Source: Amphiscolops sp. MND2022 (Eukaryota). From it: a stretch of DNA of 64,000 nucleotides. The notes under the pieces were generated by a model, which did not search any database, had not been told where the DNA came from, and worked only from the letters and a program-made list of their open reading frames with translations. Made by a program: the position numbers and the translations under genes. The DNA is taken from NCBI GenBank assembly GCA_964187785.1, contig OZ076414.1, positions 67,394,001 to 67,458,000 on the forward strand. The letters run 5' to 3'. Every line of letters starts with the position of its first letter. Positions within the stretch are counted from its first letter, which is position 1. Below are positions 37,491 to 49,048 of this stretch, piece after piece.

Positions 37491-38555
37491 ACGTAGTTCC
37501 CAGATGCCAGCGAACGATTTCATTAGGTGCGTATTCGTCATGTTCAACCTTCGCATGGTAAGCGTACATCTGCTCAGGTTTGGAAGTGGCACTGGCATTC
37601 GTGATACACTCTTGTGCAAACGTCGTCGTTTCTGTTGCCATTTTTCCTAAAGCAATATCATTTTTAGGTGTTTAAATCCCTCCAAACCATTATGCTTTTA
37701 AAACTAGACATCCATAAAAATTACACATCCTGAAAAATATTACATGAAACATGAAACATTCATTCAAAAAAACATACACTTTTGGGCTCTTCAACTTGAA
37801 TGTGATTGACTTCTGCAACCTTGAAGGCTTCCGAGAATACCATGGAAGCGATTGCCTCTTCTTCTTACTTCTCCTCAAGAAAGACAACAGACTCTTCCGC
37901 AATAACTTCTGCCTCTGTTGCAAAATGAAGGGTGGAAGAGGAGGAAAAAACACCAGCATGCTCGCGCTGCACAGGAATGCTGCATTCAGGAACCTGTTCA
38001 AGGATAAATTATTTGAACTCAAAAATGTGAATCTTTCAAAATCAAATAAAACCTATGACGTAATTATTATTCATGCACATAAGCTAGGTTTATATCAGAT
38101 TAATTTTTTGTTTGATTGAATTACCTGCCACCACGGTGGTGATGTCGATGTTGTACTGGCTTCTTGGACTTCTCGTTTAACCAACTTAGATGGTGGCGGT
38201 TGAATAAAGAACTTCTTCGTCCTCGCTTCTGCCGAGAAAGCCTTCTTGCACCCCGAGTAGGTGTCTCTTACGAGAACAAAGTTTTCTAGTGTGGGCTCCA
38301 GTAATTCGGCTCGATCTTCCGCTGTTAGGGCATTTTGAGCATTCTAGCATCGGAGTGTCAGCACATGATCAGCAGTCTGCTGCACGTCCTTGGAAGGAGC
38401 CATCAGAAGGAGAGCCACAAACCATGCACTACATTCTTGTGCCGCGCGTCTGCTCTCTCTTACCGCAACTCTGATTCATGCGACGGGTCAGATTACACTT
38501 GTTTGAGAGGGTCAGTTGGCACGTGGGGCATGAACTAGAGACATATTTTCCCAGA
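37480..38555 (-). pseudogene. Cys-rich, C2H2-type zinc-finger protein, decayed and multi-exon
   Basis: CPTCQLTLSNKCNLTRRMNQSC (C2H2-like, with His replaced by Arg), CMVCG, CSKC...HTRKLC. Donor GGCAG/GTAATT at 38124. Downstream Glu-rich exon. Confidence 0.5.
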
Positions 38556-39328
38556 GAGAACCTTCAAACAGTTAAATTGCTAGGCCTAATACAATTTCCT
38601 AGAGTCATGGTCACAATTGCAGAGGTTGGAAAAAAATACATCAATAGCATTTGATCGTAGGTTTCAAGAGATTACAGAGACATTTCCTAATTCCAGAGGT
38701 AAGCATCAGTCTTACATGCCGCGCGTACTGATACTTTTCCTACTTCCAGAGATATGCATCAGTCATACATGCAATCATGACACAATGCACAAGTTAGTAC
38801 GGCATATGTTGCAATCGCAAATGTGTAACGGAAACTGTTACCGCAGCAGCAACGTTACGTGATATTTACTTTATTTTATGTGATCTCACTGCAACAACTG
38901 CGCTTCGCCTTAGCATACTGTATTCTCGTTAGATAAAAGTTTAAACTTTAAATGACATTTCTCTGGGTTTCGGAATGCGTTCCGTTTTTCGGTAATCTCC
39001 CCGACGAGGTTTGTAAAGCCATGATAGCCATGATGGCGACTGTTCCCAAGCCCCGTGCGACTGCTCCCAAGTACCCTGCGACGACTCCCAAGCCACCTTG
39101 GAGAAACGGATAACAAAAGCTTTAATAGACAATTTCAGGCACTTATATAGACGCTTATAAGACAATTATAGACACATAGACACTGATAGATTCCTATAGA
39201 TTCTACTTGATTTCCAGTTAATTAGGATTTCAACCTGGGAAATTTAAGATTACTGGTCCCAAAGGGCATTTTCAAGAGAGGGTTTTAAAAAACTAAAATT
39301 CCTAAACACAGTTTCATGCAACCGAGCA

Positions 39329-39477
39329 GATTTGGACATTTTCTTGAGGTATGGTACCGGAAAATGAAATCGCAAGATATGAACATTTGTCTGCGGATTC
39401 CGCTGTACATGAATTAACATTTGTCCCTTAATTTCCGCACTGCTTTTTTGGGAGGCAAAAATATGCAGTATAAAACA
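39329..39477 (-). repeat. Inverted copy of the 35.1-35.4 kb repeat
   Basis: Reverse complement tgttttata...aaaaaagcagtgcggaa...gcggaatccgcagacaaatgtt...gtaccatacctcaagaa matches 35292-35440. Confidence 0.88.
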
Positions 39478-39992
39478 TTTTGTTGTTATGAGGAAAAAAT
39501 CGTTTGGTGCTTCATGTTGTTCTAGATTGTGTAACATAGATTGTATAATGTTATTATAGATATGGTTTTATTCATGCCGTAAGTGTCAGCCGGCCAGTCC
39601 GAGGTACATGTGTTTCACGCATTCATCATTCATGTCCTGATGAAAATTTGTCGGACATTCATTCGGCCCGAAGGACAAACAATGAGAACAAGTGCTGATG
39701 ATTCAAGTCAAATGAATAATGAGGTGTGGTTCTAACACTTCCAAATGATCAAGAACCGCATCCGGCGCTGCCAAAAATCATAATAGAAATATTTATAAAA
39801 TTATAGTCACTATAATTATTTAAATACAATTATTTCCTATTGGCAGCGTCTGATGAGGCTTCATTAATTTGTCAAAGTGGAAGGGTTAAATTACTATGAT
39901 AGTAATCAGAAGTTTGGTAATTAGCAGTTTCAGTAGAGTAATATCATAATACTATTCATAATATGATTTTGATCTACTAAGAATCAGTCAAT

Positions 39993-41575
39993 TTGAATTG
40001 TACCTTGTTCTATTCGTCGAAGGAATCTACAGTGTCTCCGCAAACGCATCAAAGTCAGCGACGACCATTAGAAGATCTTGGAAATTTCGCAGAACTTCAA
40101 TCTCCTCAACTAGTTACCTCAACGCCAGTGCAACCCGAGACGTTTACACTTACACTACCTCATCCTCCAGTTTCATTATTAACCCCTTTCTCACGATCGC
40201 ACGAATGTTTGACAACCCTTACCGGAAAGAGTCCGGCTGCAGTTCGCCAATACTCACACCCGTCTTATTTTGATTGGAATCAATCGCAGTACAAGAAGAC
40301 GGAAGCTCTAACATAAAAGCAGAGAACAATGCTCTTTCGTGCTTTGGCGTGTTTCCTGTCAAAGCATGCAGTACCACCAATGATGGACAAATGTGTCACA
40401 GAGCTCACAGTGCATGCTGTTACACAGGCCATCGTTTCCTTGCAAGATGAGACACGATGAAACAGCAGTTGCAGCAGGAATCACAATCTATGTTGAAACT
40501 GCTGAATTTTCTCCGATAAGATCGTCGCACACTGTTCCCTGATGGCTAATGGACGGGTTGAAAACATACTACCTGGAGGCAAGACCGCACTTCCTGCCAA
40601 AAGAAGGTCTTGATATTTTAACCAGGGTTTTCGCAGATGACACAAGAACAGTGAGAACTCAGCGCTTTTTCGTCAATTCCAATGGCTCAACCCACTTCAA
40701 AGTGCGCCAACTATGCGACCAATTCAAAGACACGGTAAAAATTTAACTTTCAACCTAAAAACGCCTAAATTTCTTAAATGTTTCCAGGGTCACCACTCAT
40801 TTTACATTTATTTCAAACTCATGGAAATTTCAATTGTGAGACTGATTTGAGCTATTGAATCTACGCCACGAAATTTTTCGCAGTTAAAACTGCATTGTTA
40901 CAAGGCAAATAAGAATAAGATTAAATTCAGACCGTTCAATAAGACGGTTTGGACAAATGGTTAGAGAGCTAGCTTTCCAACCATAAGGTACCAAGTTCGA
41001 TTCCCGGAATCGGTGGAGTCTTTGGTATAATTACTAAAAGACCGTTTCGTCTAGAATACCTTTTGAAATAAAATGTAAGCAACTTTGACCTTGCTAACTC
41101 GAAGCGTTTATCTCGAATGTTTGCGTATTTTAGCTTCAGCAGCACATCGATATCCCCCAAGAGACTACCCTAGAGAGACATGCTGCGAGTTTGCTGCCGT
41201 TTCGACGCGATCCAGGTTTCATCATTGGCAAACAGAAGCAAGTAATCGATCAGGTTTTTTTTTCGTTTGGTAATAAAATTTTGACTTTCCTTTCTAAACG
41301 TATGCTTTCTACAAAGGAATGGAAATTCTTTTTTAAGTGAAAAGTCAGACAGAAAATTATTCCCACAAAGAGGTTGCCAAGGCCATGAAACACTGACTCG
41401 ACCAATTACGGTACCATCGGCAAACAATTAGAGCGCAACATTGGATCAAGAACAATGGATGGTTACTGTCAAACTGCTGCCATACGGAGCAGCACCTGAA
41501 CACCTTTTATGCGAGGGTGGGCTAGGACAAATGCGACATCAAGAAAACGACGACTATAGCTAAAAAACAGTTTAG
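39993..41575 (+). pseudogene. Putative tyrosine-recombinase-like region (5' part of a gene that continues into the SET domain)
   Basis: GKSPAAVRQY..SYFDW, LKTYYLEARPHFLP, RFFVNSNG and EVAKAMKH*LDQLRY resemble integrase-family motifs. Exon ends or exons at 40734, 41134-41253 and 41349-41575 have GT/AG in compatible phases. Catalytic R/HxxR residues were not clearly identified. Confidence 0.4.
40944..41012 (+). pseudogene. tRNA-Gly(TCC)-derived degenerate sequence (SINE head or tRNA pseudogene), intronic
   Basis: A-box-like tggttagag, loop ctttccaa, B-box gttcgattccc. The anticodon stem does not pair. Confidence 0.6.
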
Positions 41576-41683
41576 GTTAAGTTACGTCACGTTCGAGTAC
41601 TTTAGATTACGGTACATTTTGCCAATGGCACAAATCGAAAATAATGTGGGCAAAAAAATCATTGTTTTGGTACAGTAGGGTAG

Positions 41684-42361
41684 GCAGCTAAAGGAGTGTT
41701 TTGCCTGTCTGGAGCTGCCCCACGCTAAGCGATCGATTAGAAGAAATCAATGAGTTAGAATGCTTTGTCTTTTGAACACATGCAGAGCACAACATCACGG
41801 ATCAATAATTGCAGGCTGCAGTTCAATCCCATCATCTGCAGAGGAGACAGGTTGTCATACAAAAACCAGATAAGTTTGAAATACCGAATTGACAACCAAA
41901 ATTGGAAGTGGATTTGCGATGCCCAGTTCATTAAATTTGGTCGAGGAATTGTCAGTCTAGGAAAACTGGAAAAAGACACAATTATTGTAGACTACCACGG
42001 GAAAGTCATTACCGGCCAGAAATTCGAGAAATATTGATTCCAGTTCCGAGATTTGTGTGGATCATCCAACGAAATAATGTAAAATTGATAATGATGTTTC
42101 ATCTTTGTAGTTGTAAGATTACCAAGCTCTCTAATTTATTCATGTCGTTTAGGTATGGGTCGTTTAGCCAACCACGCGACCCAGAGAAGAAACAACGCTG
42201 ATAACAGAGAAGCCAACATGAAGTCTACTAGCATCCTCTTGGACCATACAGATCTCCCTTTGAGAGTTGCAGTAATGAAGGCTAGACGACAGATAGAACC
42301 CTTCGAGCAACTACGTTCCAATTACGGTGATAAGACAGCCCAAGAACTTTTTACCCAATAA
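41684..42361 (+). pseudogene. SET-domain lysine methyltransferase, PR-Set7/SET8 (KMT5A)-like, decayed
   Basis: FGRGIVSLGKLEKDTIIVDYHGKVI, MGRLANHA, and MKARRQIEPFEQLRSNYGDK match the SET8 motifs GRG..../EYHG, GRLINHS and ASRDI..GEELLYDYGDR. Small intron before 42153. Stop at 42035-42037. Confidence 0.85.
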
Positions 42362-42469
42362 CTTTTTGCTTGTAGAACTGCCATTTTATGCATTCTATTT
42401 TGTATATGATTGTAACCTAGTCAAGTGTTTGTTCAGTTGAAACCTAGTCGTCTTAATTTCTGTTTTGAG

Positions 42470-42850
42470 TTAAATACAGAGACGAATATTTATAAATACA
42501 GAGATTCCCTTAAATGAGCCCGGCTTTGTTCTGAATACAGAGATAATTATCTTATACGGAGATTCTCTTAAAAAAGCGCGATCTTGAGTTTCAATTTCGG
42601 TTTTGAATCAAAACGTGAGAAATGATAGAGTAACGATAATTTCTTTAACTGAATCAACCAGAAGGTACATTTTTGATTGAAAAACGACTCAATTACAAAC
42701 CTCTCAATAGTATCTAGTACCCCATGGTATATTAAATCTTATCCTAAATACAGAGACAAACATATATCTTAATTAAAGAGATTCTTTTAAACAAGCCCGA
42801 TCTCGTTTTAAATGCAAATATATTTATCTTATACAGATAAACGCGGCCCT
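42470..42850. repeat. Degenerate local repeats (aaatacagaga.../agcccg motifs)
   Basis: aatacagaga occurs 4 times, with similar downstream sequence at 42470-42590 and 42740-42850. Confidence 0.6.
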
Positions 42851-43592
42851 CAAATATTCCTGACAATTAAGTTGAAGGGCTTTTTTCTGTTCCCCCCCCC
42901 CACCACCTTTTTTTTGGAAAATCAGCGAAAATCGTATGCAGAAAGACTTGAATACAAACCAGAAAGCATCAAAGTTTCATTTATTCTTAGGATTAAAGTC
43001 TTAGGATTAAAGATATGTGTGACAGTTTAGGATTCAGATATATACTTTCTTCACATCTTTTCAAAATATAGTCACGCATCTTTGATGAAGAAATCAACAG
43101 CTTCCTGTTTTGAGTCATCAACAAACTTTTAATACGAACACAATTAAAGTCAAAAAGCGTGAACAATGTTTTGTTCAAGCAAAAAACTATTCCAATAGAC
43201 GTCAACTTCCCATTATGAAAAAAGGTTTTACTTTGAATTAGGCTAGTCTAAAGTTTTTAAGGAACTTTACTTCCAAAATTGTGGTGGTGGGGAAATCTAG
43301 TTGAATTTTAAATGTAACTTACCTTGATTTAGAATCAAAAGAAGACTAAGTAGGAAGGAGATAAGGTAAGATCTAATTATGATTCTTCAAATGTTATTAA
43401 ATTGGAGCAGGCAGGTCAACTTGTTTTAGTAGTAACTAATCACACACTGACAAAACGGTTTGTTTATTTTACTCTGTAATCGAACAATTTCAGTCACGTG
43501 ACCAATGCATCGTTCTCTAAAACACAGAGAAGAGTGAGATTGGCGCCAGCCCGCTTATGACGGTCGAGGCGTTGCTATAGTTACCGACACAT

Positions 43593-43792
43593 NNNNNNNN
43601 NNNNNNNNNNNNNNNNNNNNNNNNNNNNNNNNNNNNNNNNNNNNNNNNNNNNNNNNNNNNNNNNNNNNNNNNNNNNNNNNNNNNNNNNNNNNNNNNNNNN
43701 NNNNNNNNNNNNNNNNNNNNNNNNNNNNNNNNNNNNNNNNNNNNNNNNNNNNNNNNNNNNNNNNNNNNNNNNNNNNNNNNNNNNNNNNNNNN
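43593..43792. other. Assembly gap (200 N)
   Basis: Run of N. Confidence 1.
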
Positions 43793-44144
43793 AAATCTGA
43801 CATTGCGTCGCATTGTCCTTAACGCTTCTCTTTAGCTTTCTGCGTTCGTGTAGAAGACAAAATAAATACATGTGAGCAAACCTTCTTGTTCTCAGAAATA
43901 CTACCAAACAAATATTAGACGTTGCGTCAAATTGACTGCACTAATGGTTAACTAATTGTATTGAGTGTGAAAGCGGACATGGCTTCCTTTTGACTGCAGT
44001 CAACTACTAAGAGTACTCGCACTGTGATTGGCAAAAAGTAATGAAGGCGTTTCCTTATTTATACAAAGTAGCACAGCTAATTTCCGTATCTACTTAGTCA
44101 CTTCGATCTTGATTGATACAGCGAACAGTAATAACTTACACATT

Positions 44145-44492
44145 TGTTCGAGAATTACGTTATCAATCTAAATTTTTTTACTATGATTCATAGCTGTAAA
44201 AAACACAGTTGTAACCAACTTTGAATGAACTAGACTTCTTTAAACTCACCGCAATTTTTGAAAACAAGCAAAAGTAACAAAATGGGTCATACACAAAACT
44301 AATGTTGTTTCTGTTTATGCGAATACGGATGAAAATGGGATCTATCACTAACGACATGGTCTAATGGTCTAACAGAAAGTCAACATGCAATACTAACGGT
44401 GAGATAACTATTCATTTTTTTGTAAATTTAAGTAAATGCGTAGTCTATAGTACCTATTACTCATACCCTTTCATTGAGTATTTTCCCATACG
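44145..44492 (+). repeat. 5' LTR of Bel/Pao copy 2
   Basis: tgttcgag...cccatacg; about 20 substitutions and 2 indels relative to the 3' LTR by manual alignment. Confidence 0.95.
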
Positions 44493-44497
44493 TTTTT

Positions 44498-44515
44498 TGG
44501 TGACCCCGACGTGAT
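44498..44515 (+). promoter_or_regulatory. tRNA-Trp primer-binding site (Bel/Pao copy 2)
   Basis: TGGTGACCCCGACGTGAT. Confidence 0.9.
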
Positions 44516-44985
44516 GGTTTTGGCGTAGTTCATTTCATAAAACCTCAATTTTTTTGCACTTGTTTCATCGTGTAGCATGCTGTAGAGTGCAAACCAATTA
44601 TCAACAATTATCAAACACAAATTGTCAAAATAAACGTTGTAAAATGCTGTAACGAAATCTCCTTTAGTTTATGTTGTTTTCTTGAATTTCAACCTGTTCA
44701 TTGTACATTTATTTTCACGTGTGTGACAAAATTGCTTGAATTATACAGTTTTCAAACTACGAGTGATGTAATCGTTTATATCATTCCCATGTATTATCAT
44801 TCCTCAGGCTGTTAGATTTGTACATAACAGACTTTCTTGGATTTGTAACTGCTAAATTGATTTCATGATTTGCCAAAATTTCCCCAATTACAAAAGGGCA
44901 ACGGGAAGTAAAGTGTTCAATGCATTTGTCCATATTTCATCCTGCTCTGTAAATTAAATGCCACATTTGTGAATTAATTGTTGCA

Positions 44986-46887
44986 ATGGGTCCAAAAACG
45001 AGAACTGGCAATTCGTTGGCAGTCATCAAATCCAAATTACGAATAACGAAACAGCGCGTGCAACCAACTTTGTCAGCACTTACCAAAGCTGTTCTTGACA
45101 AAGACATAGCAATCATACGACAGATACAACAGTCTCTCGATGATCAAATGTCTCAATTGGAAGAACAAACCTTCGCAGCAATTGACGTTGTTGAAAGCAC
45201 GCAAGAACAAGATGAATTGACAGAAGATCTTCTTCAAATTTCGTTAGAAGTGGACGAGTTGAAATTGAAAATTTCAACCTTGAATTCATCAAAACAGAAC
45301 CCATTTGCAATCGATATGGGGACAAACAGCGTTAATGAAGCAGGAGACAACTATAATACGGATAGAGACAACAACCTACTACTTGCCCCGCCCCCAGTTG
45401 AAGTAACAAATCCAGTCACAGTGATAGACTCGACACATCATTTTTCAACCGAAAACACCAAAATTCCAGCCCACTCAACAGCAGGAACAACGTTGGGTCA
45501 AGTGAACTTTAGAGGAGTACCACCTCACAACGCACATGGTGACAACACATCATGCGAATCAGGTGTAATCATACCACCTTTTCTGTACATGGCACAACAG
45601 CCTTACCTGTTCAATCCTTTTTTGCAGTCACTTCCTCAAATCAAACTTGAACCCTTCGATGGAAATCCACTCAAATGGAGCGATTGGAGTAGCCGATTCC
45701 AATTCATGATTGAAAACACACAGATGACAAACAATCAGAAAATTCCGTATCTGCAAGGCCTTACAACAGGACGTGCGAAAAACGCAATTGAAGGCTTCAA
45801 ATGCAATGGAGACCTTTTTCACAGAGCAATGGACGAATTACGTCAACGCTTTGGCCAGCCCACATTAATCGTCAATGGTTTCATAGGCAAGTTGATCAAT
45901 CACCAACCACTCGTTCCCAAACGGTCTGAGAGCTATATTGACTTCTCGGCTTTCATCAACACCATGGTACACACAAAGAACACGGTTTCAACGCTGACGT
46001 TGGTTCTACAGCTAATCTGAAGCATGCAACAGACAAGCTGCCTCACACAGATGCCCTCAAGTGGAGTCAATTCCTCATCGATCGAGGCATTGATAATCCC
46101 ACATTGGGAACCTTCAACCATTGGTTCAAACCAATTGCACAAGCATTCGAATTTTTTCAAACCAATTGCACAAGCACCCCTGCCCAATCGACTAATCAGA
46201 AACGACACAGTGAAGGTGTCAACAGACACTCATTCAGAAACACTTGATATTTCTTATGTGCAACAGCATCAACGTAAACAAAACTTCATTGGGAACCGAA
46301 ATCCTAATAAAGGTGGTGACCAATCCAAATACACCGATTCAGCTAAACAAGTTCTTCCAAGCAAAAACATCCAAAATGGAACAAGTCCACTGGATGATGG
46401 AAGACACCCAATTTTCAACTGTCCCCTCTTCAAAGAAAAATCTCCAACAGAACGTCATGAAAGTGTAATGAAATCAAGCTTGTGTTTCAATTGCTTGAGT
46501 TCTGCACATAAAGTTAAACAGTGCACTTCACGCACGTCTTGTAAAGTATCAGACTGTGGTGCTAGACACAACACACTTCTACATGGAGGACAAGTCAATT
46601 CAGTAGGCAAACCGCAAAGATCATTTAGCACTGACGTTGATACCAATGGACCCTGTGGACACGACAACTTAGTTATTTCTGCACGAGAAAAATCAAGCAA
46701 AACTGTTTTATTGCAGATTATACCAGTTACTCTCCACAACAATGGACGGTCTCACACAACCTACGCCTTTCTGGACCAAGGAAGTACCTGCAGCATTCTT
46801 TCAAAGGAGATGGCTGAATGTCTTAAAATTCCTCTCCGCCACCCAAAGGAGTTTACGCTAAAAGGAATAAACACCACAACAGTTTAA
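44986..46887 (+). pseudogene. gag: Bel/Pao gag plus aspartic protease (frameshifted)
   Basis: LPQIKLEPFDGNPLKWSDWSSRFQF, CFNCLSSAHKVKQCTSRTSCKVSDCGARHNTLLH, protease TYAFLDQGSTCS. Confidence 0.9.
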
Positions 46888-46899
46888 TCAACTTTCGAA

Positions 46900-48861
46900 G
46901 TGGATTTAGAAATTTCAGTCTGTCATGCCACAAAGCGGCACCCCTGGAAAAAAGTGGTCGTTATGGACAACCCACAAATACCCCAATTACGAACCAACCA
47001 ATCCAAAACAATAGCTTCTTACAACCATTTGAAAGTCATAGAGTTTCCAGAAATCAGCAACCAGAAAGTCTCTGTATTACTTGGTCTAGATGTCTTCAAT
47101 TTAATCGTTGGCCGTGAACTAATCACCGGTCCTCCGAACACGCCAACAGGAGTTAAATGTCTTCTTGGTTGGTATGTCACTGGACCACATTCGAAATCAA
47201 CACCAAACGAGTTTGCCCAAGCTCTAGCGACACACTTTTGTGACAACTGCAACGACAGAGATGTTCTACTCAGCGACCAAGTCTCGCAATGGTGGAAGAT
47301 TGAAACAGCAGGCACAGATCCAGTGAAAGAAATTCAAACGGTTGAGAATCAGAAAGCATTATCTGTTTTGACAAAGACTTGTTGCCAAACAACTTCAGGT
47401 CATTTCGAAACAGGCCTACTTTGGAAAGATGACTCAAATTTACCGTATAACAGACGTTTAGCCGAAAAACACCTGGACTGTCTTCTAGCCCGATTGACGA
47501 AAAGCCCTGAAATGAAACTTCGTTATGATGCAGAGATTTGGAAAGACTTAGTAGCAGGATTCATCCGGAAAATCAGCCCGCAAGAAGACCTCGAAACAAA
47601 ATGGTACCTTCCTCATTACGGAATTACGAACCCGCACAAACCTGGCAAGCTTCGCCGTATAGCGAACGCAGCAGCTCGCTACAGTGGAGTTTGCTTGAAT
47701 GATAAACTGTTACCAGGTCCAGATTTGCTTGGTAACATGCTTGCAATCCAGATGAGATTCCCCGAAAATCCAGTAGCCCTCCAATTAGAAATTGAAGGCA
47801 TGCTTATGCAGGTGAAAGTTCGAAAAGATGATAGGAAGTTCTTACGGTTCCTTTGGAAATCGGACAAACCCAATGCAATAGAAGTTTTTGAGTACCAGCG
47901 TCACATTTTTGGCGCTCGCAGTTCGCCAACTTGTGCCAATTTCGCCCTGCTCCAATGCGCGAAACACAGTCAAGACTCTAATCCAGATGTTTTGAAGCAA
48001 GTTCAAATGAACTTTTATATGGACGATTTCGTAGCTTCCTTCGATTCAGAAGAAGATGCAATTGCTATTCAGAACCAACTACAGTTTACATTAGCGCGAG
48101 GACAGTTCAAGTTAGTGAAATGGTGTAGCAACTCGATCCGTGTTTGCGACCAAATCGACCCAACGTTACTGTGCAAACCCGTCGAAGAAATGTTCACAAA
48201 CGATAACCTACAAAGTGTCTTGGGTATGCAGTGGCACATTCTAACAGATACATTAGCTTTTGCGCCACCTCTGAGCATTTCAAAGACCGATTTATCTTCA
48301 ATCACTCAAAGGAAACTTCTCAGCATGGTTTCCCAGCTGTTTGACCCTCTTGGTTTAGAAGCATCATTCACCATTCGAATTAAAATTCTTCTACAGCAAA
48401 CATGGAGAAGCGGACAACACAGGGATTTTCGCATCACTGACAGCAAATTTTGTAAAGAAATCAAAGATTGGATCGATGAACTAGCCCAATTCAAGAAGCT
48501 TGAAGTTCCCCGACAGCATCCTTTTGGTGTGAATGACTCAATAGATCTACATATTTTTTGTGATGCTTCTCTTTCAGCAACAGCAGTTGTTGCATATTTC
48601 GTTTTTAAATCGAACGAACATGGAATCAGAGTTAGCTATGCAATTGGAAAAGCTAGAGTGGCCCCACTGAAACAGCAAACTGTCCCACGTTTGGAACTAC
48701 AAGCAGCCGTATATTCAACAAGATTGAGAACGACCATCATGAATGCTACGTCATATCCAATTGCAAAAGTTTTTCATTGGACTGACAGCTCATCTGTACT
48801 TTCATGGATCAAACACCCGCACGAAAGACACAAAATGTTTGTAGCTAACCGACTGAATTAA
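46900..48861 (+). CDS. pol: Bel/Pao pol fragment: reverse transcriptase plus RNase H (653-aa open frame)
   Basis: WYLPHYGI, LNDKLLPGPDLL, HIFGARSSP, FYMDDF, LFDPLG, LHIFCDAS, VPRLELQAA, WTDS. Confidence 0.92.
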   Translation: MDLEISVCHATKRHPWKKVVVMDNPQIPQLRTNQSKTIASYNHLKVIEFPEISNQKVSVLLGLDVFNLIVGRELITGPPNTPTGVKCLLGWYVTGPHSKSTPNEFAQALATHFCDNCNDRDVLLSDQVSQWWKIETAGTDPVKEIQTVENQKALSVLTKTCCQTTSGHFETGLLWKDDSNLPYNRRLAEKHLDCLLARLTKSPEMKLRYDAEIWKDLVAGFIRKISPQEDLETKWYLPHYGITNPHKPGKLRRIANAAARYSGVCLNDKLLPGPDLLGNMLAIQMRFPENPVALQLEIEGMLMQVKVRKDDRKFLRFLWKSDKPNAIEVFEYQRHIFGARSSPTCANFALLQCAKHSQDSNPDVLKQVQMNFYMDDFVASFDSEEDAIAIQNQLQFTLARGQFKLVKWCSNSIRVCDQIDPTLLCKPVEEMFTNDNLQSVLGMQWHILTDTLAFAPPLSISKTDLSSITQRKLLSMVSQLFDPLGLEASFTIRIKILLQQTWRSGQHRDFRITDSKFCKEIKDWIDELAQFKKLEVPRQHPFGVNDSIDLHIFCDASLSATAVVAYFVFKSNEHGIRVSYAIGKARVAPLKQQTVPRLELQAAVYSTRLRTTIMNATSYPIAKVFHWTDSSSVLSWIKHPHERHKMFVANRLN

Positions 48862-49048
48862 AGTTTAGAAAACAGTTATACCAACATCAAATGTATGGTT
48901 GACTGACCCGGAATTTTTATCAGACGAAACTCATTGTCTCAGAAACATTGAACTCATTGATTCAGAAACAGACTATAAAATGCCCCTATTGCTTTTCCAC
49001 AGCCAACCCTATATTGCTAGATGGAAAACATAACATCGTACGTCTTTT

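Noticed and set aside
44020-44026. CACTGTG (RSS-like heptamer) as a possible Transib-type right end of the large element
   Set aside because: No nonamer at a 12- or 23-nt spacing and no matching inverted copy near 23-24 kb. A 7-mer is expected by chance.
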